Assembly (NCBI RefSeq): GCF_000143415.4
Contig: NW_003314316.1
Location: 1,262,666 to 1,326,665, forward strand
Reading direction: 5' to 3'
Source: Selaginella moellendorffii
Lineage: Eukaryota; Plantae; Lycopodiophyta
DNA length: 64,000 bases
How positions within the stretch are numbered: the first letter of the stretch is position 1; each line of letters starts with the position of its first letter. This document shows, piece after piece, positions 61,798 through 64,000 of the stretch. Both the position numbers and the translations under genes were made by a program. Below the pieces are notes generated by a model, which ran no database searches, was not told where the DNA came from, and saw only the letters and a list, made by a program, of their open reading frames with translations.

Positions 61798-62244
61798 GGA
61801 AGAAGTCGGAAGGAACGATTGGAAGGAGCTCATGACTCTCGCAATGAGCCAAGAGCCGGGAAGCCTGACGACTGAGACAGAACGAGCCAAAGAGATACTC
61901 TGCTCCATGCTCCTGGGAAACAAGTCAGTGATTAACCACAAGGAACTCAAGCTGACAACACACCTGGGACAAGGAGCTTACGGAACCGTGTACGAAGCAA
62001 TGTGGCTCGGTCACAAGTTCGCGGTGAAAGTCTTCCCTCAAGGTGACACCAGCTTTGCCAAAGAGCTCGCGGTTCTCGGAGCTCACAAGCATCCCAACGT
62101 GTTGCACATTGCCGGCCATTCTTTCGATGGAGAGAAGCAGCAGTACTCGCTGGTGATGGAGAAGATGGACATGGACCTAGCAAACTACCTCCTCAAGAAG
62201 AACTCCCTCTCGTTGCTGTCGATCGTGGCAGTGATGCTCCAAGT
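61798..62244 (+). pseudogene. Internal fragment of the kinase fusion gene (linker + kinase N-lobe only)
   Basis: ELMTLAMSQEPGSLTTE...GQGAYGTVYEAMW...IVAVMLQV, truncated before HRD. Confidence 0.85.
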
Positions 62245-62447
62245 CGGAATCAAATTTGTGACCATCTTCTCCCGCTACTGTCATCAAGGGCCTAAAACAT
62301 ACACCAATTTTCTTGTCTGATTAAAGTATGATTCCCAGAAAAAAAATAAAATGCCTTAGGACATTAGAATTATTCAAAAAGAAAAGTCCACGGTAGACTT
62401 TTCCCACGCTATACCTTTACAAGAATGGTGCGGCGCTGGTAACGGAC

Positions 62448-64000
62448 ATGGCAGCAGCGACTTTGCTCGAGGCGATTCGAATCGCGGACAAGGTTGGCAC
62501 AATATCCACTTCCAGCAAGGTCTGTAGAAACCAACATAGGATCCTCATCGCGGCAGTTGGCTATGTCCGAGACTACCTCAAGCAAATCCAGGATCTCAAC
62601 TTCGCGAGCAACGGGCCAGCCTTCGTGTGGGACGAAACCGTGGCTGTCCTTAACAGAGGCCTCCATCTCCTCAAGTCGTGCCAAGAAGGCAATTGGATCA
62701 CGCGGAGCCTGCTGTTCAAGGAAAGCTGCGATGAGTTCCAGAGCATTTATCCCGAGATCCACAACTGCGTCGAGCTCGTCAGCGTCTATCTCTTTCAGCT
62801 GGCACCGTCCACCTCGCACAGATCCAGGATTGCCGAGGCTTACAACTCGTGCCTCATGTGGCAGAACTCGAGCAGCATGCTGGAAGAAGCCGGAAGGAAC
62901 GATCGGAAGGAGCTCATGGCTCTCGCAATGAGCCAAGAGCCGGGAAGCCTGACGACCGAGACAGAACGAGCCAAAGAGATACTCTGCTCCGTGCTCCTGG
63001 GAAACAAGTCAGTGATTAACCACAAGGAACTCAAGCTGACAACACACCTGGGACAAGGAGCTTACGGAACCGTGTACGAAGCAATCTGGCTCGGTCACAA
63101 GTTTGCAGTGAAAGTCTTCCCTCAAGGTGACACCAGCTTCGCCAAAGAGCTCGCGGTTCTTGAAGCGGACAAGCATCCCAACGTGTTGCACATCGCCAGC
63201 CATTCTTTCGATGCAGAGAAGCAGCGGTACTCGCTGGTGATGGAGAAGATGGACATGGACCTGGCAAACTACCTCCTCAAGAAGAAGAAGTCTCTCCCGT
63301 TGCTGTCGATCGTGGCAGTGATGCTCCAAGTTGCTACTGGCATGGCGTGGCTTCACTCGAAGAATATAATCCACCGGGACCTCAAGCCGCAGAACATCTT
63401 GGTTGGCGAAGAAGACAACGATCTCGTGAGTATCAGGATTGCCGACTTTGGAGTCTCGAGGCCCGATTTCATCTCCTCCCTCATCAGCGAAGCCACCGCC
63501 AAGCAAGGCACCAGAAACTTCATGGCACCGGAAGTGTGGAGCGGCGAGCGCTACACGAAAAAGGCCGACGTTTACAGCTACGGGATGATGATTTACCAGC
63601 TTGTCACTGGAAACGTTCCGTTCGAGGACGGGATGGACATGGAGCAAGTCCTTCGAGGCGAGCGTCCTGAGGTACCAGCAACCTGTCCAGAGTTCCTGTC
63701 GCAGCTCATGCGGGAATGCTGGAGCCACGATGCAAAAGAGAGGCCTTCCTTCTCGGATATCTGTGAGCGGCTGAAGCAGCTCAAGACCAGGATCATCACT
63801 GGCACCGACTCCATCGACGAGTTACGAGCCAAGTTGGTTGAAGCAGCCAGGTCATCTTCCTCTTCTTCGTACTCGTCGTCTTCCTCGTCCTCGTCGCACA
63901 GCATGAACCTGGATTCTCCTGTCCAAGCACCTGAGGGGCTTTGGACCCAAAATCCTCCATCTCCCGTTGTCCAGGTAAACTCTTTTGCTTTTAGTAACTC
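62448..64000 (+). CDS. HeLo-like/kinase fusion gene, further copy (exon 1 62448-63974 open; gene continues beyond window)
   Basis: ATG 62448 MAAATLLEAIRIADK..., 509 codons in frame to the conserved donor CAG|GTAAAC. Intact GQGAYGTVY, HRDLKPQN, DFG and APE. Absent from the ORF track only because no stop falls inside the window. Confidence 0.85.
   Translation, partial: MAAATLLEAIRIADKVGTISTSSKVCRNQHRILIAAVGYVRDYLKQIQDLNFASNGPAFVWDETVAVLNRGLHLLKSCQEGNWITRSLLFKESCDEFQSIYPEIHNCVELVSVYLFQLAPSTSHRSRIAEAYNSCLMWQNSSSMLEEAGRNDRKELMALAMSQEPGSLTTETERAKEILCSVLLGNKSVINHKELKLTTHLGQGAYGTVYEAIWLGHKFAVKVFPQGDTSFAKELAVLEADKHPNVLHIASHSFDAEKQRYSLVMEKMDMDLANYLLKKKKSLPLLSIVAVMLQVATGMAWLHSKNIIHRDLKPQNILVGEEDNDLVSIRIADFGVSRPDFISSLISEATAKQGTRNFMAPEVWSGERYTKKADVYSYGMMIYQLVTGNVPFEDGMDMEQVLRGERPEVPATCPEFLSQLMRECWSHDAKERPSFSDICERLKQLKTRIITGTDSIDELRAKLVEAARSSSSSSYSSSSSSSSHSMNLDSPVQAPEGLWTQNPPSPVVQVNSFAFSN

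Overview
Eukaryotic plant nuclear DNA. Very short introns (about 45-65 nt), dense GC-rich genes and the PLS-PPR style suggest a compact lycophyte genome such as Selaginella (inference). The left third (1-22.8 kb) is a tightly packed housekeeping block: an NHR2-like fragment, a PLS/E-class PPR, three tRNAs, DEG9 protease, a B-lectin ORF, a DUF2232 membrane protein, U11/U12-59K, an FGGY kinase, a subtilase and VPS18. The right two-thirds (22.3-64 kb) is a tandem segmental-duplication array invaded by TEs: two related Ty3/Gypsy elements, a PIF/Harbinger, and a Copia carrying a nested chromovirus and a Gypsy fragment. The most notable feature is the repeated gene of this array. It is a three-exon gene encoding an N-terminal MLKL/HeLo-like helical domain, a catalytically intact Ser/Thr (TKL/Raf-like) kinase, and a C-terminal domain that aligns by eye with the EDC4/VARICOSE (Ge-1) C-terminal P-body domain. 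The window holds one intact copy, one frameshifted copy, one copy running off the end and two fragments. Amino-acid changes between copies concentrate in the EDC4-like domain and the activation loop. This makes it a candidate kinase-type immune receptor with an integrated mRNA-decapping decoy.
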